Source: Candidatus Eiseniibacteriota bacterium
GTDB lineage: Bacteria; Eisenbacteria; RBG-16-71-46; SZUA-252
Reading direction: 5' to 3'
NCBI GenBank assembly: GCA_031370645.1
Contig: JANMQV010000199.1
Location: forward strand, 1 to 43,855
Length of the DNA stretch: 43,855 nucleotides
Below, one piece after another: positions 17,075-27,432 of the stretch. The notes beneath the pieces were generated by a model. It worked only from the letters and a program-made list of their open reading frames with translations. It searched no databases and was not told where the DNA came from. Position numbers and translations under genes: made by a program. The number at the start of each line of letters is the position of its first letter. Within the stretch, counting starts at the first letter, position 1.

Positions 17075-17578
17075 ATGGTCAAAGGGAACTGGGCGCTCTT
17101 CGAGGAAGATTTCTGGGCGATCAACCAGATCCTTCAAACGCTCATGCGGAGCGCGTCGTCGCGGAGCGTGATGCTCATCGACAAGACCGGCCAGCTGATC
17201 AACTCGATCGGCGAGCCCCCCGGTTTCGACGTGACCTCGTTTTCCTCGCTCGCCGCCGCCGATTTCGCGGCGAACGCGCAGTTGGCTGAGATGGTCGGGG
17301 AGTCCGATTTCTCCACCCTGGTCCATCAAGGCACCAAGGAAAGTCTCTTTCTCCAGGTGATCGCCGATCGCGTGATCCTGGTCATCCTGTTCGATCGGAA
17401 GTCATCGCTCGGTTTGGTTCGACTGAAGGCGCGGCGCGCCGCGGCCGAACTGGTGACCGTCTTGGAACGCCTCTTCGACAAGCTCCAGTACCGGAACGAA
17501 GAGGCCGTGACGCCCACGCTCGGGGCCGACTTCGCGGCGGAAGCCGAGAACGAGATCGACAGCCTGTTCCGCGACTAG
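17075..17578 (+). CDS. mglB: Roadblock/LC7 protein MglB (GAP)
   Basis: LIDKTGQLI, DVTSFSSLAA, LAEMVGESDFSTLVHQG, SLGLVRL, acidic C-terminal helix EIDSLF. Confidence 0.92.
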   Translation: MVKGNWALFEEDFWAINQILQTLMRSASSRSVMLIDKTGQLINSIGEPPGFDVTSFSSLAAADFAANAQLAEMVGESDFSTLVHQGTKESLFLQVIADRVILVILFDRKSSLGLVRLKARRAAAELVTVLERLFDKLQYRNEEAVTPTLGADFAAEAENEIDSLFRD

Positions 17579-17593
17579 GAGTCCCGTTACCCC

Positions 17594-18172
17594 GTGTCGC
17601 TGATTAACTATTCGTCGCGCGAGATCAACTGCAAGATCGTCTACTACGGTCCCGGCCTCTGCGGGAAGACGACGAACTTGCAGCATATCTATTCGCGTGT
17701 CCCGCAGGAGACGCGGGGCAAGATGATCTCCCTCGCGACGGAGATGGACCGCACCCTCTTCTTCGACTTCCTCCCGCTCGAACTCGGACAGATCCGCGGA
17801 TTCCGCACCCGCTTCCACCTCTACACCGTTCCCGGACAGGTCTATTACAACGCGAGCCGGAAACTGATCTTGAAAGGCGTGGACGGGATCGTCTTCGTGG
17901 CCGATTCGCAAATCGAACGCTACGAGGCGAATATCGAGAGCCTCATGAACATGCACGACAACCTGGCGGAGCACGGGCTCTCGATCGAGAAGATCCCGGT
18001 CATCATGCAGTACAACAAGCGCGATCTTCCGCGCGTCGTCTCGGTCGCCGACCTCGAGAAGGAACTGAATCCGAAGGGTCATCCCTACTTCGAATCGGTG
18101 GCGTTCCGCGGTACCGGCGTCTTCGACACGCTGAAGCTCTCCTGTAAGCTGGTCCTGAAGCAGCTGGGGTAG
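17594..18172 (+). CDS. mglA: Small Ras-like GTPase MglA
   Basis: [46 protein letters not shown]. Confidence 0.97.
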   Translation: MSLINYSSREINCKIVYYGPGLCGKTTNLQHIYSRVPQETRGKMISLATEMDRTLFFDFLPLELGQIRGFRTRFHLYTVPGQVYYNASRKLILKGVDGIVFVADSQIERYEANIESLMNMHDNLAEHGLSIEKIPVIMQYNKRDLPRVVSVADLEKELNPKGHPYFESVAFRGTGVFDTLKLSCKLVLKQLG

Positions 18173-18179
18173 CCGGCGC

Positions 18180-18644
18180 GTGCGCCCGCTCGCCATCGCG
18201 CTCGCCACGGGCTTCGGCCTCGGCCGGCTCCCCGTCGCACCCGCCACCTGGGCTTCCGCCGCCGTCACGCTTCTCCTTCTCCCCGAAGCAGCCCGCTCTC
18301 CGCTCGTGCTCGGCGCGGCGCTCCTCGTCGTTCTTCCGCTCGCGGTCTGGTCGAGCGGCGAGGCCGAGAAGGTCTTGGGCCACGACGCGCATCCGATCGT
18401 CATCGACGAAGTGGCGGGGATGCTCATCGCCGTGCTCGGGGTGAATCACGCGTCGGGATCGCCGCTCCTCTTTCTCGGCGCGGCGTTTCTGCTCTTCCGA
18501 CTCTTCGACATCGTGAAGCCGCTGCCGATTCGGCAGATTCAGGAATTGCCCGGCGGCTGGGGAATCGTCGCCGACGACGTGCTGGCCGGCGTCGCCACCA
18601 ATCTCGTCCTTCGGCTGGCCGTTTGGGCCGGCGCGCCGTTCTAG
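18180..18644 (+). CDS. pgpA: Phosphatidylglycerophosphatase A
   Basis: ATGFGLG..P.APAT, IVIDEVAG, FRLFDIVKP, GIVADDVLAG. Confidence 0.93.
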   Translation: MRPLAIALATGFGLGRLPVAPATWASAAVTLLLLPEAARSPLVLGAALLVVLPLAVWSSGEAEKVLGHDAHPIVIDEVAGMLIAVLGVNHASGSPLLFLGAAFLLFRLFDIVKPLPIRQIQELPGGWGIVADDVLAGVATNLVLRLAVWAGAPF

Positions 18645-18684
18645 ATTCGAGACCCCGCGACCTCGAGAGGCAAGGAGCCGCCGC

Positions 18685-19932
18685 GTGTCCGTCGAAATCG
18701 TCTCCATCGGAACCGAGCTTCTGAATGGGATGGGCCGGAACACGAACGCCGATCGAATCATCGACGCGCTCGGCGATCTCGGCATTCCGGTCGACTACAT
18801 CACCACGGTCAGCGACGACCACGCGCGGCTCGGCGAAGCGCTCCGCACGGCGGTCCACCGCGTGCCGATCGTCATCACGACCGGCGGATTGGGGCCGACA
18901 CCCGACGATTTGACGCGAAAGACGATCGCCACCGTGTTCCGGCGTCGCCTCGTCCTCGACGAGACCGTTCTCGCCCTCATTCGGGGGCGATTCCGCGAGC
19001 GGGGGATCGAAATGCCCGCCATCAACGAGGGGCAGGCGCTCGTCCCGCGCGGCGCGCAGGTGATCGAAAACCTGCGCGGCACGGCACCGGGGCTTCACTT
19101 CGCGCATCTGCAGGCCGAGGTCTTCGTCCTGCCCGGAGTCCCCGCCGAGTGCGAGACGATGCTCGCGAATTACGTCGTTCCGCGACTGAAGGGGCTCGGG
19201 CTCGGGGCAGTGACGGGACGTCGTGTCGTGCGAACGATCGGGCTCTCCGAATCGCTCCTGGCCGAACGCCTGACCGGACTCGAGAGCGAGGGGATTCCGC
19301 TCAGGGTCGGATACCTCCCGCATTCGAACGGGCTCGATGTGACGCTATCGGCGAGCGGAGGCGACTCGGCCTGGATCGAAGAGGCGCTCGATCACGCGGA
19401 GCGGCGCGTCGTGGAGGCCGCGGGCTCGACCGCCTTCGGACGGGGACGGCAGACGCTCGCCGATGTGATCGGGGCGGCACTCACGGAACGCGGGTTGACG
19501 CTCGCGGTGGCCGAATCGTTCACGGCCGGGGCCCTCGGGAGCGCGATCACGTCGGTGCCGGGGAGCAGCCGCTACTTCCTCGGCGGCGTCACCGCCTATT
19601 CGAATCGCGCCAAGCAGGATCTCCTCGGCGTCGAAGCCTCGACGCTCGAGCGGGCCGGCGCCGTCAGTCCGGAAGTCGCCGAGCAGATGGCGAGCGGGGC
19701 GCGAGCGCGATTCGGCGCCGACCTCGCGATTTCCAGCACCGGCATTGCCGGGCCGGACGGCGGATCGGCCGACAAGCCGGTCGGACTCTGCTACCTCGGG
19801 ATCGCTTCGGCCGAGGGGGCGCGGAGCGTGCGATTCGTGTTGGGAGGGAATCGCGCCGAAATCACGGCCCGAGCGACCGCCTATTCGCTCGATCTGCTCC
19901 GCCGCCACCTCCAGGGTGGCCCCCGCCCCTAG
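18685..19932 (+). CDS. cinA: Competence/damage-inducible protein CinA (MoCF-binding domain plus PncC NMN deamidase)
   Basis: IGTELL, TGGLGPTPDDLT, GTAPG, LPGVP, AESFTAG, STGIAGPDGGSADKPVG. Confidence 0.95.
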   Translation: MSVEIVSIGTELLNGMGRNTNADRIIDALGDLGIPVDYITTVSDDHARLGEALRTAVHRVPIVITTGGLGPTPDDLTRKTIATVFRRRLVLDETVLALIRGRFRERGIEMPAINEGQALVPRGAQVIENLRGTAPGLHFAHLQAEVFVLPGVPAECETMLANYVVPRLKGLGLGAVTGRRVVRTIGLSESLLAERLTGLESEGIPLRVGYLPHSNGLDVTLSASGGDSAWIEEALDHAERRVVEAAGSTAFGRGRQTLADVIGAALTERGLTLAVAESFTAGALGSAITSVPGSSRYFLGGVTAYSNRAKQDLLGVEASTLERAGAVSPEVAEQMASGARARFGADLAISSTGIAGPDGGSADKPVGLCYLGIASAEGARSVRFVLGGNRAEITARATAYSLDLLRRHLQGGPRP

Positions 19933-19947
19933 GGGCCTCGGCTGGCG

Positions 19948-20271
19948 ATGGCCATCCGCACCTTCGTCGCCCTGCTGATTCCGGCCGACTGGGAGGAGTA
20001 CCTCGCCGGCATGGAACGCGCCGGATTCAACCGAGCCGACGAGCCGTTTCGGCCCCACCTCACGCTCGGACGCGTCCGGGAGGGGGCCCGGGGGCTCGAG
20101 GCGCTTCGTGGCTATGCCCTTTCGGCGCCTTCTCCTCCGGCCGCGTTCCTCGACCGAATCGTCGTGATGAAAAGTGACCTCGACCCGTCCGGCGCCCGCT
20201 ATACTGCGCTCCGGGAGGTGCGTCTCCCACCGCCGCGACGCGGCGAAGATCCGAGCCCCGGCGACGCGTAA
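19948..20271 (+). pseudogene. thpR: RNA 2',3'-cyclic phosphodiesterase (2'-5' RNA ligase) with an apparent in-frame internal deletion
   Basis: The N-terminus (IRTFVAL) and C-terminal half (FRPHLTLGRV...[11 protein letters not shown]) are ThpR-like, but the protein is only 107 aa with a single HxT motif. The cinA-thpR-recA position is typical. Confidence 0.7.
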
Positions 20272-20386
20272 TCGCCGGAAGCCGACGGGAGCGTCGGCGG
20301 CGGCTCGCGAATCCAAACCACAATTCATCACCCCGACCCGAACGGCGTCCCGGCACGGACCGCCAGCAAGAAACCAGGGGGAACAG

Positions 20387-21496
20387 ATGGCCGTGAATCC
20401 GTCCAATCGAGACACGAATCGCGAAGGTAAGGGGGAGCGCTCCAAGGCTCTCGAACTCGCCGTGCAACAGATCGAGCGCCAGTTCGGCAAGGGCGCCATC
20501 ATGAAGCTCGGCGAGGAGCATGCGCGGGTGCAGATCGACGCCATCCCGACCGGATCGCTGGGGCTCGACGTCGCCCTCGGCATCGGCGGCGTTCCGCGCG
20601 GGCGCGTCATCGAGATCTACGGTCCCGAGTCGTCGGGCAAGACGACGCTCACGCTCAGCATCATCGCGCACGCGCAGAAGCAGGGCGGAAACGCGGTCTT
20701 CATCGACGCCGAACACGCCCTCGACGCGGCGTATGCCAAGCGCATCGGCGTCGACATCGACTCCCTCCACGTCTCCCAGCCCGACACGGGCGAAGAGGCG
20801 CTGGAAATCGCCGAGCACCTCGTCCGTAGCGGCGCCGTCGACGTGATCGTCATCGACTCGGTGGCGGCACTCGTGCCGAAGGCCGAGATCGAAGGCGAGA
20901 TGGGCGACTCGCACATGGGGCTTCAGGCCCGACTCATGTCGCAGGCGCTCCGGAAATTGACCGGCACCATCTCCAAGTCGAAGACGACCGTCATCTTCAT
21001 CAATCAGATCCGCATGCAGATCGGCGTCATGTTCGGGAATCCCGAGACGACGACCGGCGGGCGCGCGCTCAAGTTCTACGCCTCGGTCCGGATGGACATT
21101 CGCCGCATCGGCGCCATCAAGGACGGCGATGTCGTCATCGGCAGCCACGTGAAGGTGAAGGTCGTGAAGAACAAGGTGGCGGCGCCGTTCAAGGAGGCCG
21201 AGTTCGACATCCTCTACAACGAGGGGATTTCGCGCGAAGGGGAACTCCTCGACATGGCGGTCGAGAAGAACATGGTGCAGAAGAGCGGCACCTGGTTCTC
21301 CTACGGCGAGGAGCGGATCGGCCAGGGACGCGAGAACGCGCGCGTTTGGCTGAAGGAGCATCCCGACGTCGTGGCCGAGTTGGACGCCAAGATGCGCGAA
21401 GCGCTCGGCATCGGCGCCCCGAAGGCGGAGACCGAGCCCGTGGCGGTCGCCGCGGTAGCGGGTGAAGGGCGAGGGGAGCGCCGGGTTCGAATCTAG
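20387..21496 (+). CDS. recA: Recombinase RecA
   Basis: [52 protein letters not shown]; start ATG 20387. Confidence 0.99.
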   Translation: MAVNPSNRDTNREGKGERSKALELAVQQIERQFGKGAIMKLGEEHARVQIDAIPTGSLGLDVALGIGGVPRGRVIEIYGPESSGKTTLTLSIIAHAQKQGGNAVFIDAEHALDAAYAKRIGVDIDSLHVSQPDTGEEALEIAEHLVRSGAVDVIVIDSVAALVPKAEIEGEMGDSHMGLQARLMSQALRKLTGTISKSKTTVIFINQIRMQIGVMFGNPETTTGGRALKFYASVRMDIRRIGAIKDGDVVIGSHVKVKVVKNKVAAPFKEAEFDILYNEGISREGELLDMAVEKNMVQKSGTWFSYGEERIGQGRENARVWLKEHPDVVAELDAKMREALGIGAPKAETEPVAVAAVAGEGRGERRVRI

Positions 21497-21499
21497 GCG

Positions 21500-22018
21500 A
21501 TGCCGCTTCGGCCTGATCGGGCGGTGTCGGAAGAGGCGGCGAAGGATGCCGCTCTCAAATTGCTGGAGCGGGGTCCGCGCACCGAGCGGGAGATCGTCGA
21601 TCGCCTGCTCGGGCGCGGGTTTGCTCCCGACGCGGTGGAGCGCGCTGTCGAGCGCCTTCGCCGCGTCTCTCTATTGGACGATCGCGCGTTTCTGCACGCG
21701 TTCGTCCGCACCGAGTTGACGCGACGGCCGCAGGGCCGCCGCCTTCTCGTCACGAAATTGAAGCGCCGGGGCGTTCCGGCCGCGCTGATCGAGGAACTCG
21801 ACGCGCTCCTCGAGCGGGACGGCGATCTGGCGGAGAGCCGCCTCGCCACGGAACCGGAGCGCGCGACGGTCGCCGCGGAGGCGCTTCGGCGCCGCTACGC
21901 CGGACGACCGGAGGAGGAGCGGCGGAGGAAACTCTCGCAGGCGCTCCTGCGTCGCGGCTTTTCGTGGGAAACCATTCGGGATCTCGTCGGAGCGGAACCA
22001 ACCGAGGAATCGACGTGA
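21500..22018 (+). CDS. recX: Regulatory protein RecX
   Basis: Follows recA; ALKLL..RTEREI..RL, LLDDRAF, LKRRGV, LLRRGFS. Confidence 0.9.
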   Translation: MPLRPDRAVSEEAAKDAALKLLERGPRTEREIVDRLLGRGFAPDAVERAVERLRRVSLLDDRAFLHAFVRTELTRRPQGRRLLVTKLKRRGVPAALIEELDALLERDGDLAESRLATEPERATVAAEALRRRYAGRPEEERRRKLSQALLRRGFSWETIRDLVGAEPTEEST

Positions 22019-24702
22019 ATCGTCCGACCAGCAACGAACTCCGACGAACCTTCATCGACTTCTTCAAGGACCGGGGCCATCCGCATCTTCCGATGGCGCC
22101 GCTCGTGCCGCTCGACGACCCCACGCTCCTCTTCACGTCGGCCGGCATGGTGCCGTTCAAGCCCTACTACTCCTCGCCCCTTCCGCCCCCGACGCGCCGC
22201 GCCGTTACGGTGCAGCGCTGCCTCCGGCTGACCGACATCGAAAACGTCGGCGTCACCGTGCGCCACGCGACATTCTTCGAGATGCTCGGCAATTTCTCCT
22301 TCGGCGATTACTTCAAGAAGGAGGCGATCGAGTGGGCGTGGGAGTTCTCCACGCAGGTCTTGAAGATGCCGCCGGAGCGTCTCTTCCCGTCGGTCTATCG
22401 CGACGATCAGGAAGCGTTCGACCTCTGGGCGAAGCACATCGGACTCGGCGCCGATCGCGTGACGAGGCTCGGCGAGAAGGACAACTTCTGGGGACCGGCG
22501 GGCGGCGCGGGTGCGTGCGGACCTTGCTCCGAGATCTACTGGGACCAGGGACCGGGCGTCGGCTGCGGCCGCCCCGAATGCGCGCCGGGGTGCGACTGCG
22601 AGCGCTATCTCGAATTCTGGAATCTCGTCTTCCCGCAATTCGACCAGGCGCCGACGGGGGAACGGAAGCCGCTCCCGAACCGAGGCATCGATACCGGTAT
22701 GGGACTCGAGCGGCTGGCGATGATTCTCCAGGAGACGCCGAGCGTCTACGACAACGACCTGCTCCGCCCGATCGGCGATGCCGCGCGTCGGCTCGGAAAC
22801 GCCAAGGATACCGAGTCCGAGCGAGGGCGGTTCGCCTCGCGCGTCATCACCGATCATCTTCGCGCGCTCGTCTTCACCTTCGCCGAGGGGATTCGCCCGT
22901 CGAACGAAGGGCGCGGCTACGTGGTTCGCCGCCTCCTTCGCCGCGCCGCGCGCCTCGGACGCTACTGCGGCATTCAGGGGACGTTTCTCTCGCGCCTCGT
23001 GCCGACGGTGGTGAAACAGATGAGCGGCTACGAGGAGTACGCCTACCTCGCGAAAGAGCAGGCGGCCATTGTCGCCGCCGTGGACGAGGAGGAGTCGCGC
23101 TTCGCCGAGACGCTGGAGCAGGGGATGTCCCGTTTCGACGATACGGCGGCCGATCTCGAGAAGAGGAAACAGGCGGTATTCCCCGGCGCGGTCGCTTTCG
23201 CGCTCTACGATACGTACGGCTTTCCGATCGATCTCACCGTCGAGATGGCGAAAGAGCGCGGCTTCACGGTGGATATGCCCTCCTATGAAACGGCCATGGA
23301 GGAGCAGCGCGATCGCGCGCGGCGGGCCGGGAAGTTCGAAACGCGCCGCGTCGCGGCGGGGCCCTGGACCACGCTATCGAGCGGGGCCCACTCCGAATTC
23401 GTCGGCTACGACCAATCGGCGGTGGAGGGGGTCACGATTCGCGATTGGCGCGACATCGACGGGGCGGGCGAGGCCGGCGGTGGAGCGCGCGTCATCGAGT
23501 TCACGCTCGACCGGACTCCGTTCTACGCGGAAGGGGGCGGACAGGTAGGCGACACCGGATGGGTGGAGCGCGCGCCCGGGGCAGGCGGAACCACGGTGCG
23601 CCTTCGGGTGATCGACACCGTGAAAGACGGGGAGCGAATTCTCCATCGCGCGGAAGTCGTGGAAGGGCTGCCTGGCGAGGGAGCCTACCGCGCGACCATC
23701 GACGTTGAAAAGCGGGGCGCGACGCAGCGGAATCACACTGCCACGCATCTCCTTCACGCCGCCCTTCGCGCGCGGCTCGGCACCCACTTGAAGCAGGCCG
23801 GCTCCCTCGTGGCGCCGGAGCGGCTTCGATTCGACTTCACGCACGGGAAAGCGCTCACGCCCGAGGATCTCCACGCGATCGAATCCGCGATTAACGACCG
23901 TATTCTGGCCGACCTCCCCGTCACGACCGAGGTGACGTCGTTGAAGGAGGCGCAGGAGAAGGGCGCCATGGCGCTCTTCGGCGAGAAATACGGCGAGCGG
24001 GTGCGGCAGGTGACGATCGCCGACTACAGCCGCGAACTCTGCGGCGGCTGCCATGTCCGGCGGACGGGGGAAATCGGCTATCTCCGGATCGAAGCGGAGC
24101 AGGCGGTCGCCTCGGGAACGCGCCGCGTGGAAGCGGTGACCGGGGCCGTGGCCCATCGGCACGCCGAGCACGATCGCGCGCTTCTCCGGGAATTGGCGGC
24201 GAAGTTGGGCGCTCCGCGAGACGCGCTTGCCGAACGGATCGCGGCACTTCAGGACGAAGCGAAGCGGCTCCGCGAGGCGCAGGCGAAGCAGGGCAAGGAG
24301 GCGATGCAGGATCGTCTCCGCGACGCCGTGCGCAAGGCGCGCGAGGATGCCGATCGTGAAGGGCGCGCGCCGCTTCTGATCGCGAAAATCGACGCCGGTT
24401 CGAAGGACGAGATGCGGGACGCGCGCGAGTTCGTGGCGAAGGAACTCCACGACGGCTTCACGGCGCTCGTCTCGGTGAACGAGCGGTACGCCGCCGTCGC
24501 CACGGCGGTAGGCTCGGCGCTGACGAAGGTGCTCTCGGCCGGCGATTGGGCGAACAATGCGGCGAAACTGGCGGGAGGGCGCGGGGGCGGCAAGCCCGAT
24601 CGCGCCGAGGCTGGGCTCAAAGACCTCACCAAGGAGCGCGAGGTGATGGAACAGTTGCAACGCGACGGCGAGAACGCGCTCCGCGCGCTTCAGGCGGGCT
24701 AG
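22015..24702 (+). CDS. alaS: Alanine--tRNA ligase
   Basis: DPTLLFTSAGMVPFK, RHATFFEMLGNFSFGDYFK, IDTGMGLER, editing motifs HTATHLLH and ELCGGCH, GGRGGG. Confidence 0.98.
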   Translation: MNRPTSNELRRTFIDFFKDRGHPHLPMAPLVPLDDPTLLFTSAGMVPFKPYYSSPLPPPTRRAVTVQRCLRLTDIENVGVTVRHATFFEMLGNFSFGDYFKKEAIEWAWEFSTQVLKMPPERLFPSVYRDDQEAFDLWAKHIGLGADRVTRLGEKDNFWGPAGGAGACGPCSEIYWDQGPGVGCGRPECAPGCDCERYLEFWNLVFPQFDQAPTGERKPLPNRGIDTGMGLERLAMILQETPSVYDNDLLRPIGDAARRLGNAKDTESERGRFASRVITDHLRALVFTFAEGIRPSNEGRGYVVRRLLRRAARLGRYCGIQGTFLSRLVPTVVKQMSGYEEYAYLAKEQAAIVAAVDEEESRFAETLEQGMSRFDDTAADLEKRKQAVFPGAVAFALYDTYGFPIDLTVEMAKERGFTVDMPSYETAMEEQRDRARRAGKFETRRVAAGPWTTLSSGAHSEFVGYDQSAVEGVTIRDWRDIDGAGEAGGGARVIEFTLDRTPFYAEGGGQVGDTGWVERAPGAGGTTVRLRVIDTVKDGERILHRAEVVEGLPGEGAYRATIDVEKRGATQRNHTATHLLHAALRARLGTHLKQAGSLVAPERLRFDFTHGKALTPEDLHAIESAINDRILADLPVTTEVTSLKEAQEKGAMALFGEKYGERVRQVTIADYSRELCGGCHVRRTGEIGYLRIEAEQAVASGTRRVEAVTGAVAHRHAEHDRALLRELAAKLGAPRDALAERIAALQDEAKRLREAQAKQGKEAMQDRLRDAVRKAREDADREGRAPLLIAKIDAGSKDEMRDAREFVAKELHDGFTALVSVNERYAAVATAVGSALTKVLSAGDWANNAAKLAGGRGGGKPDRAEAGLKDLTKEREVMEQLQRDGENALRALQAG

Positions 24703-24708
24703 GGAACG

Positions 24709-25470
24709 ATGCCGCTCGATCATCGCGTCTTCCATTCGCTCCTCGCCTCGGCGGCTCGGCAAGGGTGCGCCCATTTCGTCCTGGTCGATCCCGACCGGAC
24801 GTCGCCGGAACGCGCCGCGGATATTGCGGGGGAGTGCACGCTCGCCGGAACCGACGCCCTTCTCTTCGGAAGCAGCACGCCGCTCGAGCGCGATCCCGCA
24901 CCGGTTCTGCGCGCGCTCCGCTCCCGATTCGAAGGCCCGCTCGTTCTCTTCCCGGGGAACGCCGGTCAGGTGCGTCCCGATGTCGATGCGGTGCTCTTCC
25001 TTTCCCTTTTGTCGGGCCGCGACGCGCGTTTCCTCGTCGACGAGCAGGTCGCGGCGGCGCCGCGGCTTCTCGCCGCCGGCGTCGAGTCGATCGCGACCGC
25101 CTACATCCTCGTCGGCTCGGAGACGGGTGGGAGCGTGGCTCGCGTGACGGGCACGAAACCGCTCCCGGCCGCGCCCGCGTCGATCGTCGTCGCTCATGCG
25201 CAGGCGGCGGCGTGCCTCGGCTTCGCGCTCGTCTACCTGGAAGCGGGGAGCGGTGCCGCGTCGCCCGTTCCCGCTTCGCTTGTCCGCGAGGTCGCGGACG
25301 CCACGCCGACTCCAGTCGTCGTGGGGGGCGGCATCCGCCGGCCCGGGCAGGCGGCCGCGTTGGCCGCGGCGGGCGCGCGCTTCATCGTGACCGGTACGGC
25401 GCACGAGGAACGCGACCCGGTGGCGCCCTTCACCGAAGCGATTCACCAGCCGGTCCCCGCGCTCCCATGA
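24709..25470 (+). CDS. Geranylgeranylglyceryl/heptaprenylglyceryl phosphate synthase family (group II-like)
   Basis: LVDPDR, LFPG, LSLLSGRD, YLEAGSG (G1P-binding), VVGGGIR, IVTG. Confidence 0.88.
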   Translation: MPLDHRVFHSLLASAARQGCAHFVLVDPDRTSPERAADIAGECTLAGTDALLFGSSTPLERDPAPVLRALRSRFEGPLVLFPGNAGQVRPDVDAVLFLSLLSGRDARFLVDEQVAAAPRLLAAGVESIATAYILVGSETGGSVARVTGTKPLPAAPASIVVAHAQAAACLGFALVYLEAGSGAASPVPASLVREVADATPTPVVVGGGIRRPGQAAALAAAGARFIVTGTAHEERDPVAPFTEAIHQPVPALP

Positions 25471-25507
25471 CGCGCGCCGGTATTCCGAGCCCTCACCGAG
25501 GAGACGC

Positions 25508-26572
25508 ATGAAGGGTTTGATCCTGAGCGGCGGCAAGGGGACGAGGCTTCGCCCCATCACGCACACCGGTGCGAAGCAGCTCATTCCGGTCGCGAATAAG
25601 CCGATCTTGTTCTACGTCATCGAGGCGGTGCGCGACGCGGGAATCACCGAGATCGGGATCATCGTCGGAGAGACGGAGCGCGAGATCCGCGAAGCGGTGG
25701 GAGACGGTTCCGCGTTCGGCGTGAAGGTCGCCTACATCCGGCAGGATCAGCCCCTCGGCCTCGCGCACGCGGTGAAGACGGCGCGCCCCTTCCTTCGCGA
25801 CGATCCGTTCGTCATGTTCCTCGGCGACAACCTGATCTTGGACGGAATTCGTCCCCTCGTGGACGAATTCCGCCGCGAGCGTCCGAACTGCGAAATTCTC
25901 CTCGCGCGGGTGCCGCGGCCACAGGAATTCGGCGTGGCGGAACTCCAAGGAGACCGCGTCGTCCGGCTCGAGGAGAAGCCGAAGGAGCCACGCTCCGATC
26001 TGGCTCTCGTCGGCGTCTACATGTTCGACGCCACCGTGCACGACGCGATCGACGCGATCCGTCCCTCGGCGCGCGGAGAGCTCGAGATCACCGATGCCAT
26101 CCAGCAGTTGATCGACCGGGGGCGCGTGGTGAAGCATCACCTCGTCACCGGCTGGTGGAAGGACACGGGCAAGCTGGAAGATCTCCTCGAGGCGAACCGA
26201 ATGGTCCTCTCTCGCGCCAAGCGCTCCATCGAAGGCGACGTCGACGCCGCCTCCCGCCTGGAGGGAGAGGTAATCGTCGGCCCCGGGACCGTCGTGCGGG
26301 AGTCGATCCTCCGCGGTCCACTCGTGGTCGGCGCGCGCTGCCGGATCGAGCACTCCTATGTCGGTCCCTTCACGGCCATTCACGACGAGGTGGAACTCCG
26401 GAACAGCGAGATCGAGCACTCGATCGTCCTTGCGCGATGCAGCATCCAGGATATTCCGGTGCGAATCGAGGCGAGCCTCATCGGGAAGGAAGTCCGCATC
26501 CGGCGCTCGCAGCTGAAGCCGACCGCCTATCGATTCATGGTCGGCGACTCGAGCCAGGTGGACGTCCTCTAA
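25508..26572 (+). CDS. rmlA: Glucose-1-phosphate thymidylyltransferase, long form
   Basis: ILSGGKGTRLRPITHTGAKQLIPVANKP, LGLAHA, EKP, PSARGELEITDAIQ, WKDTG, hexapeptide-like C-terminus. Confidence 0.93.
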   Translation: MKGLILSGGKGTRLRPITHTGAKQLIPVANKPILFYVIEAVRDAGITEIGIIVGETEREIREAVGDGSAFGVKVAYIRQDQPLGLAHAVKTARPFLRDDPFVMFLGDNLILDGIRPLVDEFRRERPNCEILLARVPRPQEFGVAELQGDRVVRLEEKPKEPRSDLALVGVYMFDATVHDAIDAIRPSARGELEITDAIQQLIDRGRVVKHHLVTGWWKDTGKLEDLLEANRMVLSRAKRSIEGDVDAASRLEGEVIVGPGTVVRESILRGPLVVGARCRIEHSYVGPFTAIHDEVELRNSEIEHSIVLARCSIQDIPVRIEASLIGKEVRIRRSQLKPTAYRFMVGDSSQVDVL

Positions 26573-27432
26573 TGCGGATCCTGATCACCGGAGCGAACGG
26601 AATGCTGGGACGCGCCTTGGCCGAGCGCCTGGCGAGCGGCCACACGCTCCTTCTCTGGGGACGGGAGGAGGCGGATCTCTCCGACGAGGCGGCCGTGCGC
26701 GCGGCATCGCGCGGGATCGCGTTCGACGCGGTCGTCCACGCCGCCGCCTTCACCGAAGTCGACCGCTGCGAGAGCGACTATGACGCGGCGCTCCGGGGCA
26801 ATCGCGACGCGGTGCGCCATGTGGCGCTCTTGGCGCGGGAGCGCGGCGCCCACTTCACGACGATCAGCACGGACTACGTCTTCGACGGAACGAAGGGCTC
26901 CCCCTATCTCGAGGATGACCCGACGGCCCCCATCAACGCTTACGGACGCTCCAAGTGGGAAGGCGAGAAAGCGGCGCTCGAGAGCGGCGCGACGGCGCTC
27001 GTCGTGCGGACCTCGTGGCTCTTCGGCTCGGGGGGGAAGAATTTCGTCGATACGATCGCCGGCAAGTTGGAGCGCGGGGAACCGCTCGAGGTCGTGGACG
27101 ACCAGCGCGGCTCGCCGACCTACACGCGCGATCTCGCCCATGGAATCGCCCGTCTCTTGGGACGCGGAGCGACGGGGATCGTCCATGTGACGAACCGCGG
27201 CGAGACCACGTGGTATGGATTCGCGGTCGCGATCTCCCGCTACCTTGGCTCCACCACGCCGATCACCCCGGTACCTTCCGATCGCTTCCGCCGCCCGGCC
27301 GCGCGCCCCGCCTACTCGGTTCTCTCGGGGGAGCGCTTCGCGAGTCTCACCGGCGAGCGAATGCCGCGCTGGGAGGAGGCGCTCCATCATTACCTCGCCG
27401 GCAGAAGCGCCGCTCCGGGGGCCGCGGCGTGA
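26572..27432 (+). CDS. rmlD: dTDP-4-dehydrorhamnose reductase
   Basis: ITGANGMLG, HAAAFTEVD, ISTDYVFDG, YGRSK, VDDQRGSPT, ARPAYSVL. Confidence 0.95.
   Translation: MRILITGANGMLGRALAERLASGHTLLLWGREEADLSDEAAVRAASRGIAFDAVVHAAAFTEVDRCESDYDAALRGNRDAVRHVALLARERGAHFTTISTDYVFDGTKGSPYLEDDPTAPINAYGRSKWEGEKAALESGATALVVRTSWLFGSGGKNFVDTIAGKLERGEPLEVVDDQRGSPTYTRDLAHGIARLLGRGATGIVHVTNRGETTWYGFAVAISRYLGSTTPITPVPSDRFRRPAARPAYSVLSGERFASLTGERMPRWEEALHHYLAGRSAAPGAAA

Noticed and set aside
20272-20386. LexA/SOS box upstream of recA
   Set aside because: No convincing match to CTGT-N8-ACAG or GAAC-N4-GTTC; only a GC hairpin (20281-20298). A lineage-specific box cannot be excluded.
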